A DNA stretch of 64,000 bases from the human T2T-CHM13v2.0 reference genome, Homo sapiens. The stretch lies in NCBI RefSeq assembly GCF_009914755.1, contig NC_060935.1; one strand, written 5' to 3'. The stretch's first letter is position 1. Each line of letters starts with the position of its first letter. Below are positions 13,051 to 31,410 of this stretch, in pieces. The notes beneath the pieces were generated by a model. The model made no database searches. It was not told the origin of the DNA and saw nothing but the letters and a program-made list of their open reading frames with translations. The position numbers were made by a program, and so were the translations under genes.

Positions 13051-13387
13051 TCAAGCCTTGACCTGGCTTTAGACTTTGTTTATGACATTCCTGAAACTCG
13101 AAACCCCTTCATTTGATGGCCCATCCTTCCCCATGTTCTAACATGGGGTCCAATCTGTGTTCAAAAATGGAATTGAACTCCTAGCTTTCTCCACTCTGCC
13201 CTCATTTCTCTCCCCTAAGGGGGCCGTGCGGCCCTTCCGAGGGGGACCCAGGAGAGGGACCCAGATGATTTTTATTCAGTCCATTATTCAGATGGGCATA
13301 CGGAAGTTAGACATAGAGACAAGGATAGTGCAGGCCCCCAGCCCTGGGAACTGTTCCACCTTAATGGGTCACCTCGTCCTTTTGCAG

Positions 13388-13550
13388 GTGGGGAACACAG
13401 CCTTGATTGTGTTTGTGAGCTATTTTGGCAGCCGGGTGCACCGACCCCGAATGATTGGCTATGGGGCTATCCTTGTGGCCCTGGCGGGCCTGCTCATGAC
13501 TCTCCCGCACTTCATCTCGGAGCCATACCGCTACGACAACACCAGCCCTG
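13388..13550 (+). CDS. SLCO2B1: SLCO2B1 exon 4 (163 nt; VGNTALIV...YDNTSP)
   Basis: tttttgcag|GTG ... CCTG|gtaaga; phase 0/1. Confidence 0.97.
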
Positions 13551-14149
13551 GTAAGAGCAGCAGGGGCTGGGCAGGAGTGGGACGTTAGCCTCTGCATTGC
13601 TTTGCGCTGGGGCCCACCCCACAGGCATTCATCTGGCAGGATACACCCCAAAACCTCAACACCCCAGGACAGCTGCTAGTCCCCCCCCAACCTGGCTCCC
13701 CAGGCCCCAGCCCAGGTGGGTCTCTGGCAGACCTGGGGAGTGCGGTAGGAAGTAGGCCCTGCGCATAGGGGTGAGGGCCTGCTTGTATGTCACTGTGGGT
13801 TTTTTTAGGTGGGGGTGAATTTACAACACAGCCTACTTTGAGGGCCTGGCATGCAGTAGACCCTCCGGAATTGCGTGTGTAATAATAATAGTGTCATACA
13901 CTACTTACTATGCACCAGACACTGCTCTAAGCACTTAATGTGTAGTCACGCATTTAATCCTCATAAAAGACATTGGGAAAAGAAAGAATGAATGAGTGAA
14001 TGAACAAATTTAAAAAATGAAAGAATTCTGGACAGGAATGGTGAAGCCATGTTCAGCCCAGTGGGATTTTGTTGAGGCCCTACTTGACAAATGGATGTCT
14101 CTTACAGAATGACCCTAACAACCTGATCGTTCACTTTATTCCTTCCCTC

Positions 14150-14272
14150 TCCTACCCACTCACCCACCCACCCACTCACCCATCTGTCCATCCACCCATT
14201 CATCCATCATCTATCCACCCATCGATCCATCCACCTACTACTCATCCATCTATTTATCTATTCATCCATCCA
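14150..14272 (+). repeat. (CCAT/CCAC)n degenerate tetranucleotide repeat
   Basis: Direct reading. Confidence 0.85.
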
Positions 14273-15481
14273 ATGGGACACGCAACAAACTCTTAATGCT
14301 GCCTACTTCGTGCCTGAGCCTCTCAGGGGAATCAGTCCTTTTTACTCTAGGGAGCTCCCAGCCTGGGAGAGGAGACAGATAAAACAAAAAACAATTGTGT
14401 GAGGAGGGAAGCACAGGGGCGGGAGGAGCCCACACCCCAGCCTGGCATGGAGGAAGCCTTTCTAGGGGAAGAAGACTGTCAGAGAGCAGGTTTCCTCCCT
14501 CCTCCTCCCACCAGCTCACACCTCTGAAGTCCCACTCTGTACCAGACCAGAGGCCAGGGATAGGGGAGAGAAGATGAAGCAGACATGACCCAGTGGGGCG
14601 CAGGGTTGGCGTGAGCACGGGCAACTCTGCTGCAAGGTATAGAGCCCAGCACCTTGGGAGGTGGCCAGAGGAGGCCATTAGAGCCCTGAATAGGGGAAGG
14701 ACCTTGGCAGCTGGAGGGAGCTGGAGGGGCTAGAGGAGGTGGCACTTGAGCTGCAGCTTAGAGAGAAGGTGGGAGTTGCAGGTGGAGGGGAGGGCATGGG
14801 TGCAGAGGCAGGAAAATGGGAAAACTCAGCGCGTGCATGAAGAATGCAGAGTCGTTCTCTAGGCCTGCGTGGAAACTTGTCAAGAGAACTGCTTGGAATA
14901 CCAGAAAATAATACTTCCTCACATTTCTTTGTACAGAATTTTCACTTTACATTTTCACTTTTTCTGTGCAAGGTCATGCATGTTCTTCATCCTTACTACC
15001 ATACAAACCCCTCTGCAATAGGTGCCCCTGAATCCTCAAGCAAAGCCCTTCTGTCTGAGCCTCCGTCTTTACATCAGCCCAAAGAATGGGAGAGACTCGG
15101 GGATCTCCAAACTCCCCTCCTGTTCTGACTCTCCAGGCTATTCCACTCACTTATTCTTCATCCAATACTGATGAAGTTGTGTTCTGTGCCAGGCCCTCTG
15201 CAGGGCACTGGGGACACAGGGATGGGGAAGGCAGACATGACCTCTCTAATAATTGTTGCATCTAACGTCTAGTAGGCCCCATGCCCAGGCACACTCACCA
15301 CCCACCACTCTTAATGTTCACGACTCCAGGAGGCAGGGATTATCATTACTTCCTCACAAGTGAGGAAACCAAGGCTCAGAGAGGGGAGGAACTGCCCCAA
15401 GGACACACCCAGGTAGCCCTGCCTTAGCTGCTGTTCTGAACTGCCGAATTCTTCCACTTCTGAATTCCTTATCTGGAGAAC

Positions 15482-15817
<336 letters not shown>

Positions 15818-16775
15818 TGAAAGATGAAGAAACCAAGGCCCAGAGTGGGTAAGGGCCTCTGTCAAAGTCACACAGCAAGTCCCAGGCAGCCTCCGTGGAA
15901 GGCTTCTTTCACGTTCTTGACCTTGGTTCACATGGCTCTTTGCAGCCCAAGGGAGTGGCTCTCCGTGCTGGGTTGACACAGCTCAGAGTCCCAGCTCCAT
16001 AAATGGAGGGCCGCAGAGAGAAGGCTGCTTCTACAGCCACATTTGGGATAATAATAGTGTGAGGGTCTCCTCAAGTTTGCTCACCAAATATTGGTGAGCT
16101 CCAGGGAACAAATGTCAGGTACTAAATTAAGAAATTCTTTTCTGTACTCTGCATCTGTGTCCCAAGCTGACACTGAACCCTCCCCCAAAGTGAATGCCAA
16201 GGGCCCCAGGACCCTCCACAATCCAGCCCCAGCTGCCCCACCCTGTTCCACTGTGCCTTCAGCCCTGGCCTTGCCCTCATACTTTGTGATCTAGCCATTC
16301 TGAGCTTCTCATTCTCCCGGCACGGTGCCCTTTCAAGTCCCTGGGTTTTGCGTGTACTGTGACCTCTCCCTGGAACACCCCTCCCCTCCCTCTTTTTCTG
16401 GAAAATTGTGTTTATTCTTCCGGACCCAGTTCAAACTACACCACCTTTGACCACCCCGCCCCACCCAGGGGCCACCGTTGCTATGGCACTTGCAAATGCC
16501 TCAGCTCAGAAAGGTGGTGTAGGGCAGTTTAAGAGCATGGACTCTGAAGCCAGACCTCCTGAGTTCCAATCCTGGCCCTGTCACCTTACTAGTTGCTGTC
16601 TAAGCATCAGTTTCCTCACCTATGAAACAGGCATAATGAGAGCACTCACCCTTGAGGTTTGTTGTGGGGCTCAAATTATTTTTATACACAGCACTTAGAA
16701 CAGTACCTTCCCCCGGGGTAAGCGCTATTTAAGTCTTAGCTATTGTTATAATATTTTTTCATTGTCGTCTCTCAG

Positions 16776-17009
16776 AGGATATGCCACAGGACTTCAAGGC
16801 TTCCCTGTGCCTGCCCACAACCTCGGCCCCAGCCTCGGCCCCCTCCAATGGCAACTGCTCAAGCTACACAGAAACCCAGCATCTGAGTGTGGTGGGGATC
16901 ATGTTCGTGGCACAGACCCTGCTGGGCGTGGGCGGGGTGCCCATTCAGCCCTTTGGCATCTCCTACATCGATGACTTTGCCCACAACAGCAACTCGCCCC
17001 TCTACCTCG
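16776..17009 (+). CDS. SLCO2B1: SLCO2B1 exon 5 (234 nt; EDMPQDF...NSPLYL)
   Basis: ctctcag|AG ... CTCG|gtgagg; phase 1/1; includes NCS glycosylation sequon. Confidence 0.97.
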
Positions 17010-17268
17010 GTGAGGACCAGTGCCATCCCTTGGCCTCTGAGGGTCAGGCCAGGCTCAACTAGGAGGAAGAGAGACCCAGGGTTGGGGCTGGAGATGGAAT
17101 CCCTGCCCCCTGCCCCATCTGGCCAGTAAAGGTCCAGGGAAGCCCTGGAGAGTTCCCCATCCCTGACCAGGGGAGACAGAGTGTTCTTGCCCATCAGAGA
17201 CTGGGCAAGCACTGGTCTGCAGAGGGAAGCCAGGGCCAGAGGATCCTAACTCAGGCTTTGTGTTGTAG

Positions 17269-17367
17269 GGATCCTGTTTGCAGTGACCATGATGGGGCCA
17301 GGCCTGGCCTTTGGGCTGGGCAGCCTCATGCTGCGCCTTTATGTGGACATTAACCAGATGCCAGAAG
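17269..17367 (+). CDS. SLCO2B1: SLCO2B1 exon 6 (99 nt; GILFAVTMMGPG...NQMPE)
   Basis: tgttgtag|GG ... GAAG|gtgagc; phase 1/1; read by hand, absent from the ORF track in this frame. Confidence 0.96.
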
Positions 17368-18864
17368 GTGAGCCTCAGGAGCACATGTTTGCTAGACCCT
17401 AGCTAACTGACTGCCACTCTCATAGGAGACATTGAGCCAGGGGACCTCGGTTCAAATCCTAGCAGCACCACTGACCTTGGGCAAGTCTCTTAGCCTCTCT
17501 GAACCTCAGCTTTCTCATCTGTGAGATAATCTCTGTCCTGTCTGTCTCCTAAAGCTGTGATCAGAGTCCAGCGAGATGGTGGAGATAAACTGTAAAGTGC
17601 CATCAAATTAGGAACCATGGTTGCCGTCACTACTATTACTGGGAGTCTTCGCCTTGTTCCATACCCCACCTTCAACAGGCCCTCAGCCCCCTGCTCACAC
17701 ATGCTGTGGGGCAGGTGGAAGAGCATACTCTCTTGCCTGTAGGGAGCCCCTGTTTTTAGGGGGAAACAAGACTTGAGTTAAACAGAGAGGACAGTGCACA
17801 CTGGAGAGAACTTTTGGAGCAGAACTTGGTGACTCAAAGTATTACCCTGGGCCTCTCTCAGATGGGACATTTACTGTGACCTCTAAGAACCCTTCTAGTT
17901 CTGACCAGCTCAGAGTCTAGGAAACTGCCAGGGGCACCATTTGGGAAAGAGTAGTTTCTGGTCCAGGCAGTGGTCAGAGTGGGCCAAGGAGTGGGACTGA
18001 CGCTTGGTCTGAAGGTGGCCAGGAGGGAGGGGTGTTGGGGGTTCCAGGGTTCTGGAGTCCTTGGAGAGCAGTAGCGTACTCCTGTTAGAGCACGTCACTG
18101 TGGCATCCCAGCTCCCAACTCGTCGCACCAAGCAGCTCCAGATGTGCCTCCTGCCATTCTCACCTGCAGACTTTCTGCCAGGTCCTGGGAGCCTCAGGTG
18201 ACATGTGTGTGGCTGAATGGACATGCAGACGCTGCTTCTTGTTCCCCAGCTTTTGCCCACAAGCGCCTCCAGCCAGAACAGATCTGCGCAGCTCTGAACA
18301 GCAGCCACCAGGGACAGCCCCGCCCCGCCCACTCTCCTTCTGGAAGGCTGGGTCCAGAGTGTGGGCTCTGGCTGCGACCCCTCCCTCCCCTGAAAGAAAA
18401 GTCCTGGGAGTCAGGGGTTCCCTAGATTTCCCTGACACACCTCAGCTCCATGCAAGGGGGTGTGTTTTCTGACTCTGTTGACATTGTCCAGGCAGACGGG
18501 GTATCTCCACAGGCAGATGTGACATTTCTGTGGACCGACCTGCCACCTCGAAACTCCCTTCTCCATGGGGGATTTCACAGGGTGGGCAGATCATGCTAGC
18601 TGCAGGCACAGACTGATAAGAGAGAAGCGGACGGGTTGGAGAGGTGCATGTGTGAGCTCTCACCAGCCTGACATGGAGGCAGGGGAGATAACAAGTAAGG
18701 AGAGAATCAAGTCTAATCAGCGCAAAAGCCAAACCCATCCCCGGCTTTACAGGTGCGTTTGCTAAGTGCCAACTGAGTCCTCTGGTCCCTGCCTGGGAGG
18801 AGCTTAGGATCAAGCACCAGGGGAACCAGCTCTGTGTGTGGGGTTGGTACATCAAGGAGCATTT

Positions 18865-19230
<366 letters not shown>

Positions 19231-19289
19231 TGATTAAGAAGTATGACGGGAGCTTTGTGTGTTCCAGCCAGGAGGTACACCTGGGATAA

Positions 19290-19470
19290 TCTAGTCCCAA
19301 TTAAACCTAGTGGGGGATCAAAATCATCTGGGGAACTTGTTAAAGGTACGGGTTCCTTGGTCACCTTCCCACCCCACTCTGTGGTCATTCTAAGTGGGTC
19401 TTCAGTAAGGCCAGGTATTTTTTGACAAACATCCCTGGGGATATTAATCATCATGAAGGTCTGAGAAACA
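19290..19470. mobile_element. MER5-like hAT DNA transposon relic
   Basis: atcaaaatcatctggggaacttgttaaa ... tttgacaaacatccctggggat...tctgagaaaca pattern. Confidence 0.5.
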
Positions 19471-19981
19471 CAACAGTAATCCTAAACATTCATTTAAGAA
19501 TAATAATCACAATAGTAATGAGAAGGAGGAAGAGGAGGAGGAGGAGGAGCAGGTACCTATATGGCACACACTCTTCTAAGTGCTTCACATCTATTTCGTT
19601 AATTTTCACAACAGTCCTATGATTTGGAAGCTACTAATATCTATATTTCACAAAGGACAAAAACTGAGGCACAAAGAGGTTGTGTAGGTTGCCCAAGGTT
19701 ATGAGTTAGTAATGGAATTCAGACCCAGCAGTCCGCCTCTAGAGTCCATGGCCTTGACCACTGCACTATACTGCCTTGGTAGTTGAAGAAGCCAAGGCTC
19801 GGAAAGGGCCAAGGACTTGCCCAGGGTCACACAGGACACACCTGGCAGAGCAGACTGGAACTCAGGTCTCCTGACTCCCAGCCTGGGCCACCTCATGTCT
19901 CAGAGGCCAGTCCCAGGATGGCGGCTTAGAAGTGACAGCCTATCATCCTGACCCTAATGTCACCATGCTCTTCTCTTCCAG

Positions 19982-20172
19982 GTGGTATCAGCCTGACCAT
20001 AAAGGACCCCCGATGGGTGGGTGCCTGGTGGCTGGGTTTCCTCATCGCTGCCGGTGCAGTGGCCCTGGCTGCCATCCCCTACTTCTTCTTCCCCAAGGAA
20101 ATGCCCAAGGAAAAACGTGAGCTTCAGTTTCGGCGAAAGGTCTTAGCAGTCACAGACTCACCTGCCAGGAAG
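19982..20172 (+). CDS. SLCO2B1: SLCO2B1 exon 7 (191 nt; GGISLTIKDPRWVGAWWLGFL...SPARK)
   Basis: ctcttccag|GT ... AAG|gtaagc; OATP family signature D-x-RW-(V/I)-GAWW-x-GFL. Confidence 0.98.
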
Positions 20173-20250
20173 GTAAGCTCCCTCCATGTCACCTGACTGG
20201 GTCCAGGCTCCAGCACCACCCACTTGTTCTCCTTTGTAACATTACACTTC

Positions 20251-20591
<341 letters not shown>

Positions 20592-21411
20592 TCACATCTT
20601 TCTGACAGCCTTGCACAGTGAATATCACCTGCTGTCTCCACAGCTGAGGAGACCCAGAGCCAGTGTTGGAAAGTGACTTACCCAAGATCACAAAGCCAGC
20701 AAGCAAGGCAGCACTGGGATGAGAACCCGCACCTTTCTGAGCCCATGCCCCCATACTAACCACTACAATATGGCCTCTGTGCTCATCACTTAAAGTTTTT
20801 GTAAATTCTGAATGTGCCATAGGAATGTTAAGAATTGGGAGGGTGGGTAGGATCATCTGGGAAGACTTCCCTGAAGAGGAGGGATTTCAGCTGGACTTTG
20901 AAGGATTTGTGGAAGCACAGAAAGGAGAGAGCAACAGAGATTCTAGGCACAGAAGCACCCTGCATGAAGGATTTGGCTGTAGAAATAAACCTGGCCCTTT
21001 CGGGGACAGTGAAGGGAAGAAACATGCATGGAGTGCAGGCCCCAGGCTGGATCTGAAGATCAGTCCGTGGCCTCCACCCTTCCAGCGGGCACAGTCTAGG
21101 GAGGACACAGACTCACGGAGAAGTCACGACCGGTGTGATGCTCCAGGGGTATCTAGAATCCTCCTCCTCTGCTCTTGGGGCAGGTGGGTCTCTCCTCAGA
21201 AGCGGACACAGAGGCCCAGCCCAGTGGAGGGATTTGCCCAGGGTCACAAAACTGGTAGGAGAGGACAGGATCATGTGAGCCACCAGGCAGGATAGCCATT
21301 CTGGGCCAGGGACTTCCAAGTTTTTCAGATACCCACAAAAACACGAGGCCTGAAAAACAACAAATTGGCTTCAAATTAAAAAGAAAATGACAAAATAGAA
21401 ACAATTTTTAA

Positions 21412-21705
21412 AGTTTATTTATTTATTTTTATTTTTTGAGACAGAGTCTTACCCTATTGCCCAGGCTAGATCTCGGCTCACCACAACCTCCAACTCCCAG
21501 GTTCAAGCGATTCTTCCGCCTCAGCCTCCCAAATAGCTGGGATTACAGGTGTGTGCCACCATGCCTGGCTAATTTTGTATTTTTAGTAGAGATGGCGTTT
21601 CACCATGTTGGCCAGGCTGGTCTCGAACCCCTAACCTCAGGTGATCTGCCCGCCTCAGCCTCCCAAAGTGCTGGGATTACAGGAGTGAGCCACCGTGCCA
21701 GGCCT
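21412..21705 (-). mobile_element. Alu (AluS-like) with a small internal deletion
   Basis: (ATTT)n tail and Alu consensus. Confidence 0.93.
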
Positions 21706-24700
21706 AAAAGTTTAATTACAAGCCAGTAATGTCAAGTTCATTAATTTTTTTAATACTTATACACATTTCATTACATTCTGAAAATTTGTGCATTAGATTT
21801 CCTCCTTCTCAAGTATGGGAGGTGGCTGTTGAGAAATCATAGACAATCATAAATTAAGTAACTTACTTGTTGCTAAGTAATTCTAATTTCAAAGGGACAA
21901 TTTATAAAAATCCTGTTGAATGTTTTTGCTGCAAGAGCATTTCTGTGGCAGGTTGATGCATTTGAATATGTTTGGAGAGGGTGGGGGCGGGGAGAGAAAT
22001 GAGACAGCTCTGATGGTGGTCCAGGCCAGGTGGAAGCCGTGCATTGGCAGTGAGGGGATAGAGGTGCATCTGGGAGCTACCCAGGTTGGGGACTGCACAT
22101 AGCTGCCCTGCTATGGGATGTCCCCAAGACAGTGATGAGTTGGGCTGATGCTGGGATTGGGTGCAGCTGTCTCAGAGGCAGGGGGAAGCAGCTGCCAGGG
22201 AGTGAGCAGTTTCAGGGGAAGAAGACAGTTTGGAACTACAGATGGGCCTTTCTGATTCTGCCTAGTTCAGGCCAAAGTTTCGAGAAGATGAAATTCCTAG
22301 AACTTAAAGGTGGAGTGATGTTTATAAAGGAAAGAGAGAGAGCCTATATTGCTGGTTACAGATGATCTCCAAATTGAGTCCTAAATTTGAACAGAGAAGA
22401 ATGCCAGTTGAGCCACGGGTGGGATAGGTGACAGAAGCAAAGTTTAGGGGTGGGAGACCACGCTGGGCTCTGTCACATGCCAGTCATGTGACCTTGAGCA
22501 GCAAGCCACTTCCCCATTCTGTGCTGCTGTGTAAGATGCTGAGGTTAGGTTCCTGGAGCAATATCCTGTGCGCCTCAGATTCTGAGAATGCACGAGTCCT
22601 TGAGTCGGAGCTGCTATGATTCAGATACTCAGATTTTAAGAGCTGTGTCTCTATGATGCTTTGAAACCCTGGCTCCCCAGCTGTGAACCTGTCTGGCTGT
22701 CTGGATTCATTCTGTCAGCACACTGGGGATGGGGAGTGGGGAGGGAAGGGGGTGAGAGGTTCTTTAAAAAGAAACAAGGGCTGAGAACATGATGATCTGC
22801 TTCCAGCAGCTCTCAGGCAATAAATATTGATGTGGGAGGAATTGTTCCTCCACCTCCCTGAGGCTGCCTTGGCCGGGTCTGCTTGCAGTAACGTGGTTGG
22901 CCTGGCCCAGGAGGGCCACCAATGAGGAGTTGAATAAACCAGGAGCAAAGGCCCAATGAGGCTGAATTGGCTGCCAGAAAGTCCAGGCCCCCAGACATGG
23001 GATGTGTATCTTCTGCAGGGCGAGAGAATGGGCAAGAGGAGAAAGTGAAGGGCAGAGCTAACTCTGAAATCTCACCAGGCGTCCCCTCCCAGGCTCAGGG
23101 CTCAGGGGTCCCCTAAATACCCTCTTAGAAGTAAATGCTGTTTTTAAAGGTATCCGGGAGATTGGCAGTTTGTAATACAAGAATTATGTGCCCCCGAGAA
23201 GGTTTCTGGCCTCAGTGTCTCTGTCTAATGGGCAGCAGATCAGACAAGGTCTGTCGGCTCTGACAGGTTCAAGGCCATCTCCTCTAAATGACTCACTGTC
23301 TCTGGAGAAATATGTGAGCATTTTCACAGGGGAAAAGAGGGGTGCATTCCACAGCCCCTGCCCCGAGGAGGTCTGAGAAGGTGAAGGAAGGCCAGATGCA
23401 GAGAGACAGGGGATGACAAATGACAGCTCAGATTTCTCCCATGGCCATGATTATGGGATTCTCTGCCTGGGGGGCAGGGGGCAATAGCAGTCCCCACAGA
23501 GAAGAGCAGGACATGGGATTGGGGGAGGCCATGCAGGGAATGGGAGGGGACAGGAGCCCTACTTTCTTGCCTTTGGCTCTGTCCCTGTATCTGTGGCCTC
23601 AGAGCTCAGGTGCTACCAAGAGACCCTCACAGGAGTGACCCAGGACAGGCCTCACCTCCCTCTAGGCCTCAGTCTTCCTGTCTACAATCAGCCAGTCCCC
23701 AAGGTCCTGCTAGGCCCAAGGACTCCTGGCAGATGGCTCTGCAGGGTCTGTGGGGTAAAGATGGTCTCTTGAGGGCTCCCTGACAGATTCTTCGTCCCCA
23801 TCTGTCCCTGTGGTAGTGGTGCTCCCATTCAGCCAGCAACTCTCCTGTGCCCGCCATGCCCTCTGGTCCTTCTGACAACCTGCCCTTGGGACTGGGTCAG
23901 GGGCTCAGAGGGGCCCAGAGAGCTACTTCCTGGCAGGCAAGCCTGTGCCATGAGGACCCCTGTCCCTCTCCAGGCTCTGAGCACCACCGGACTCTGTGAC
24001 CATAGAGACCAGGAGTCTGTTTGTCTGTTATTTCTGGAATATGTCTGAGAGGTTGGGATTCTAAAATTATATGGTTTTAAAGTCTGTGTTCCTAATAGAG
24101 CTTCTCAAGTACTTACATTATGCTAAAAGTCTGTGCCTCGAATGGTCTATGACTCCCCAAATCCACATTTCTAAATGGCTGCAATTTTGGCTAAGAGTCT
24201 GTAAGCCTGTGATGTCCACTGTCTCCCAGTCGTTAACTTCCATGTTCTTCTTTGGGAGAATAGTCAGGGATGGAAGACAGGAGTGTGAGGTGGCAATGGT
24301 CCTTAAAACCCAGGACTTAGGGCTGGTCTGTAGGGATTTGCCCAGCCAGGAGGCCTCCATTTCCCTGGGACTTTGTGTCTCCGTGGCAGCATCTGTGAGT
24401 TCTGAGGTGCGCAGGCCTCCTAGTGCCCAGGGCCTCCACTTTGCAGGCACAGCGTCTAGACCCTGCTGCATCTCACTGACGGAGGGATTGGCCCATAGAG
24501 GGTTAAAGACCTGTCCAGAGGTTGGACAGCACCACGGGCCCTTGCACCTGTCTGTACAAAGCCAGGTCCTGGCGCCAGAGGGCTGAGGAAGGGCTCCCCT
24601 AGACCACCAGGTCTGCACATAGAGCTTCCTTTAACATCGACGAGGCTTGAGGCCCTGTTGGGGCAATCTGCTTGAGTGGTTTTTCGAATTGAACCCCCAG

Positions 24701-24774
24701 AACCCCAAGGGTACCACCATAGGGAGGAGGAGGAGGGGCATCACCGAGCAGGGCTAAGGGCCTTCCACCCCTCT

Positions 24775-24800
24775 ACACACACACACACACACACACACAC
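24775..24800 (+). repeat. (AC)13 microsatellite
   Basis: Direct count. Confidence 0.97.
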
Positions 24801-25065
24801 TTCAGTCCAAGTAGTTCTACTATTTTGTGTTTTTATACCTGTCTAAAGACTAAATCTAAAGAATAAGATTTCAGTTGGGAAAAGGGTTCTGTTCCTAAAA
24901 ACCAGCTGAGCTAGTCCAATACTGCCATTTGTCAGAGGAGGCTGAGGCTAAAGAAGGGATGAAAGGTAGCTGATCATGCCCAAGAGGCACCATGCAAGCT
25001 TCCTTGGTGTCTAAGGCATCCTGCAGTGGCAGGGACAGGGCTAGACATGGCAGGGGTTAGACACA

Positions 25066-25804
<739 letters not shown>

Positions 25805-26079
25805 ATATGGTGGCCCCACCATACCAGCCAGGCTCTGCTACTTACTAATTCTGAAATCTGTAAAATGGGTATAACCATAACATCTGCATCTCGGGGTCTT
25901 TATAAGAATGAAGTGAGGCAAAGTGGTGAGGTGGGCAGTTCAGTGCCAAAGCGCAGGCGCAGTAAACAGGAGTGCTTGTTCTTGGCATCTTTCTCCGAGC
26001 AGGCCAGCTCTTAAGGGGAAAACTAAGAGAAAAAGTGCCTTTTTTCTAAACTTGTATGCTTTTCCTTTTTACATGTTTT

Positions 26080-28205
<2,126 letters not shown>

Positions 28206-28686
28206 TGCATATGCTTTTCTATATCCTACTTGCACTATAGTCTATAAAAGGTTTGAGACAGCTCACACCACACAAAGGTACAGTACTACAACAGTAGGAA
28301 TTAGGCTAACATTTATTACTTACTCTGTACCATGCAATGTTCTAAGACCTTTGTATGGATGATCTCATTTAGTCCCCATAACCCACCTGTGAAGTAGATA
28401 TAGTTATTACCCCCATCTTATACCAGAGGGACTTGGGTAACAGAGATTAAGTAACCTGGTCACATAGCTAGTAAATGGTGAAACCAATCAATTAAGGCTA
28501 AGGAGCAGGAAAAATATAAATAAGAGCGAAAGGTTCTCAGAATGAGAGAGAAAAACATAAATGCATGGACCCATAAAGATTAATTCAGTTGATACCATTG
28601 AGCCATTTATTTGGTTCTGAGGTTTCTGGTAGCCCAAAGGGAAAAGAAGCATGGCCAGTGGCATGAATCTCATTAAAAGAAAGCCA

Positions 28687-29032
<346 letters not shown>

Positions 29033-30062
29033 TCAGCTCTTGCTGAAAAACACTCTCTTTCATGGGGTGGGAGGAAGTTAAGCAGATCTCTCATCCCTGT
29101 GGCTGCTTCCCTTCGTGATATGTGAAGGAACCCGAGGCTGGCAGAGGGTTCCATATCACCCCAGAGTCCACATTGGCTCTGTGGGTCAGGGACCCTAGCC
29201 CCTGGACAAAGCCTTCTTTTAATAGGAACTTAGTTCTCACCAAGGATAGCGCCTGGATCCCTGGGGGCCCAGCAGACAGGAGGGCCTTCCATGGGCTGAG
29301 CTACACACAGCACATGGTGTCCGGCAGGCTTGCAACAATCAGCAAAGAGCCCCCAGAGGGGAAGTTCCAGCAGCCCTCTCCATCCAGGGCTGCTGACCCA
29401 GGCAAACACAGCCCAGATGGGTCACACTGCAATCCCTGCACTGAGCAGAGGCACGTTTCCTGTTTCTGGAGCCCGTTATTACTCAGCTGTCCTCAAAACA
29501 GATGAGGGGGCAAGCGGCAGAAATCTGTGGAGAACACAGGGTCAGGAGCTAAGGACAGATAGGGCTCCCAATAGCCACAGAATATAGCCCAAATCTCAGC
29601 CTGGCCTTCCAAACCACCCGAGTCTGGCTGTGGCCCATCTTTTGGCCCCAGCCCCTACCCCAGCCAAGCACTGCTGTAATCAAGTTGGTGTCCCCACTGT
29701 GTCCTGCACAAGACCTCCACCACCGTGCCTCTGCTTCAAATCTGCTCTCCCTTTCTATCTACCCAAACCCCAAAGCTCACTTCTCCCTGGATGTCACCCC
29801 TGACCACCCAGCCCCTGAAGGTCTGTCACTCCCCTCCTGTTCCAAACCCCATGCTCTTTCACAGCAGGAGACAGGACTGACACAGGGAGACTAGAGAACC
29901 TGGGTTTGGTTTGAGAGCCTGCTCTGCCAATAACTGTCTGGGTGACACTCCCCCTTTTGGGGCCTCAGTTTCCTCTTCTGTAAAATAGGTGCAATAATAA
30001 TCCCTGCACCAGACAGACCATTGTGGGAATTAAATGACATGATGGATATGAAAGTGCAGTGT

Positions 30063-30355
<293 letters not shown>

Positions 30356-30669
30356 GTGCAATGTAGACCAAATAGGAATGTACACGTGGGAGCAGACGAC
30401 ATTGTGGTTGTTTCTACTCTTTATGAGAACAAGGAACCCAAGCAAGGAACTCAGAAGATTCTGCTTACCCTGCCCCTTCCTGATAAAAAATGTTGGGAAG
30501 TGATCAGTCTGTCCCCAGGCTGTTCTCCTGCTTCCTGGGGCAGCCCTCACTCCAGCACTCTCTCTCAGCTGTCCAGGACCCTCCCACCACTGTGGCATCC
30601 CTCCCAGATCACTCTCCCAGAGCTCAGACGGGACTCAGAAAGGAGCAAGGATTCACTGATTCTCTTTAA

Positions 30670-30973
30670 GGCAGCATGTCCAAAAGAAATGTTATATGAA
30701 CCACATATGTAATTCTAATTTTTTTTGTCCACATGCAAAAGTAAAAGAAATTAATTTTAATAATACATTTTATTTAAACCACTATATCTAAAATATTCTT
30801 ATTTTAACATATAATAGTAAAAAATTAATGATGAAACATTTTCCTTTTTTCATACTAAGTCTTCAAAATGCGATGTGTATTTTATGCCTACAGCACATCT
30901 CAATTTGGACTGGCCATATTTCAATTGCTTAGAGCCATGCGTGACAGGTGGCTGCTGTATGAGACAGTGCAGC
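30670..30973. mobile_element. MER33/MER3-like hAT-Charlie relic
   Basis: AT-rich ~300 bp with cagcacatctcaatttggact...gtggctgctgta...gacagtgcag end. Confidence 0.6.
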
Positions 30974-31132
30974 TCTAAGGTATAAATGAATAATCCACGC
31001 AGGCTGCCTTACCCAAAAAAATAAGACATGGTAGGATTTCAGTTTCCTTCAAATCACACCACAAAGATGCCTCCTAATTCTCCAGTCCTGCATCAGGGCT
31101 GTCTGACTCAGGGGGCTAGTGGATAAAGTATG

Positions 31133-31410
31133 AGTTGTTTTTTTTGAGTCAAGGTGTTGCTCTGTCACCTAGGCTAGAGTGCAGAGGTGCCATCATAGCT
31201 TACTGTAGCCTTGGACTCCTGGGCTCAAGTGATGCTTCCACCTGAGCCTCTTGAGTAGCTGGGACCACAGGTGCATGTCACCATGCCCAGCTAATTTTAA
31301 AATTTTTGTCGAAATGGGGTCTTACTATGTTGCCCAGGCCAGTCTCAAACTCCTGGCCTCAAGCAATCCTGCTGCCTTGGCCTCCCAAAATGCTGGAATT
31401 ACAGGTGAGA
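31133..31410 (-). mobile_element. Alu (AluJ-like)
   Basis: Diverged antisense Alu. Confidence 0.88.
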
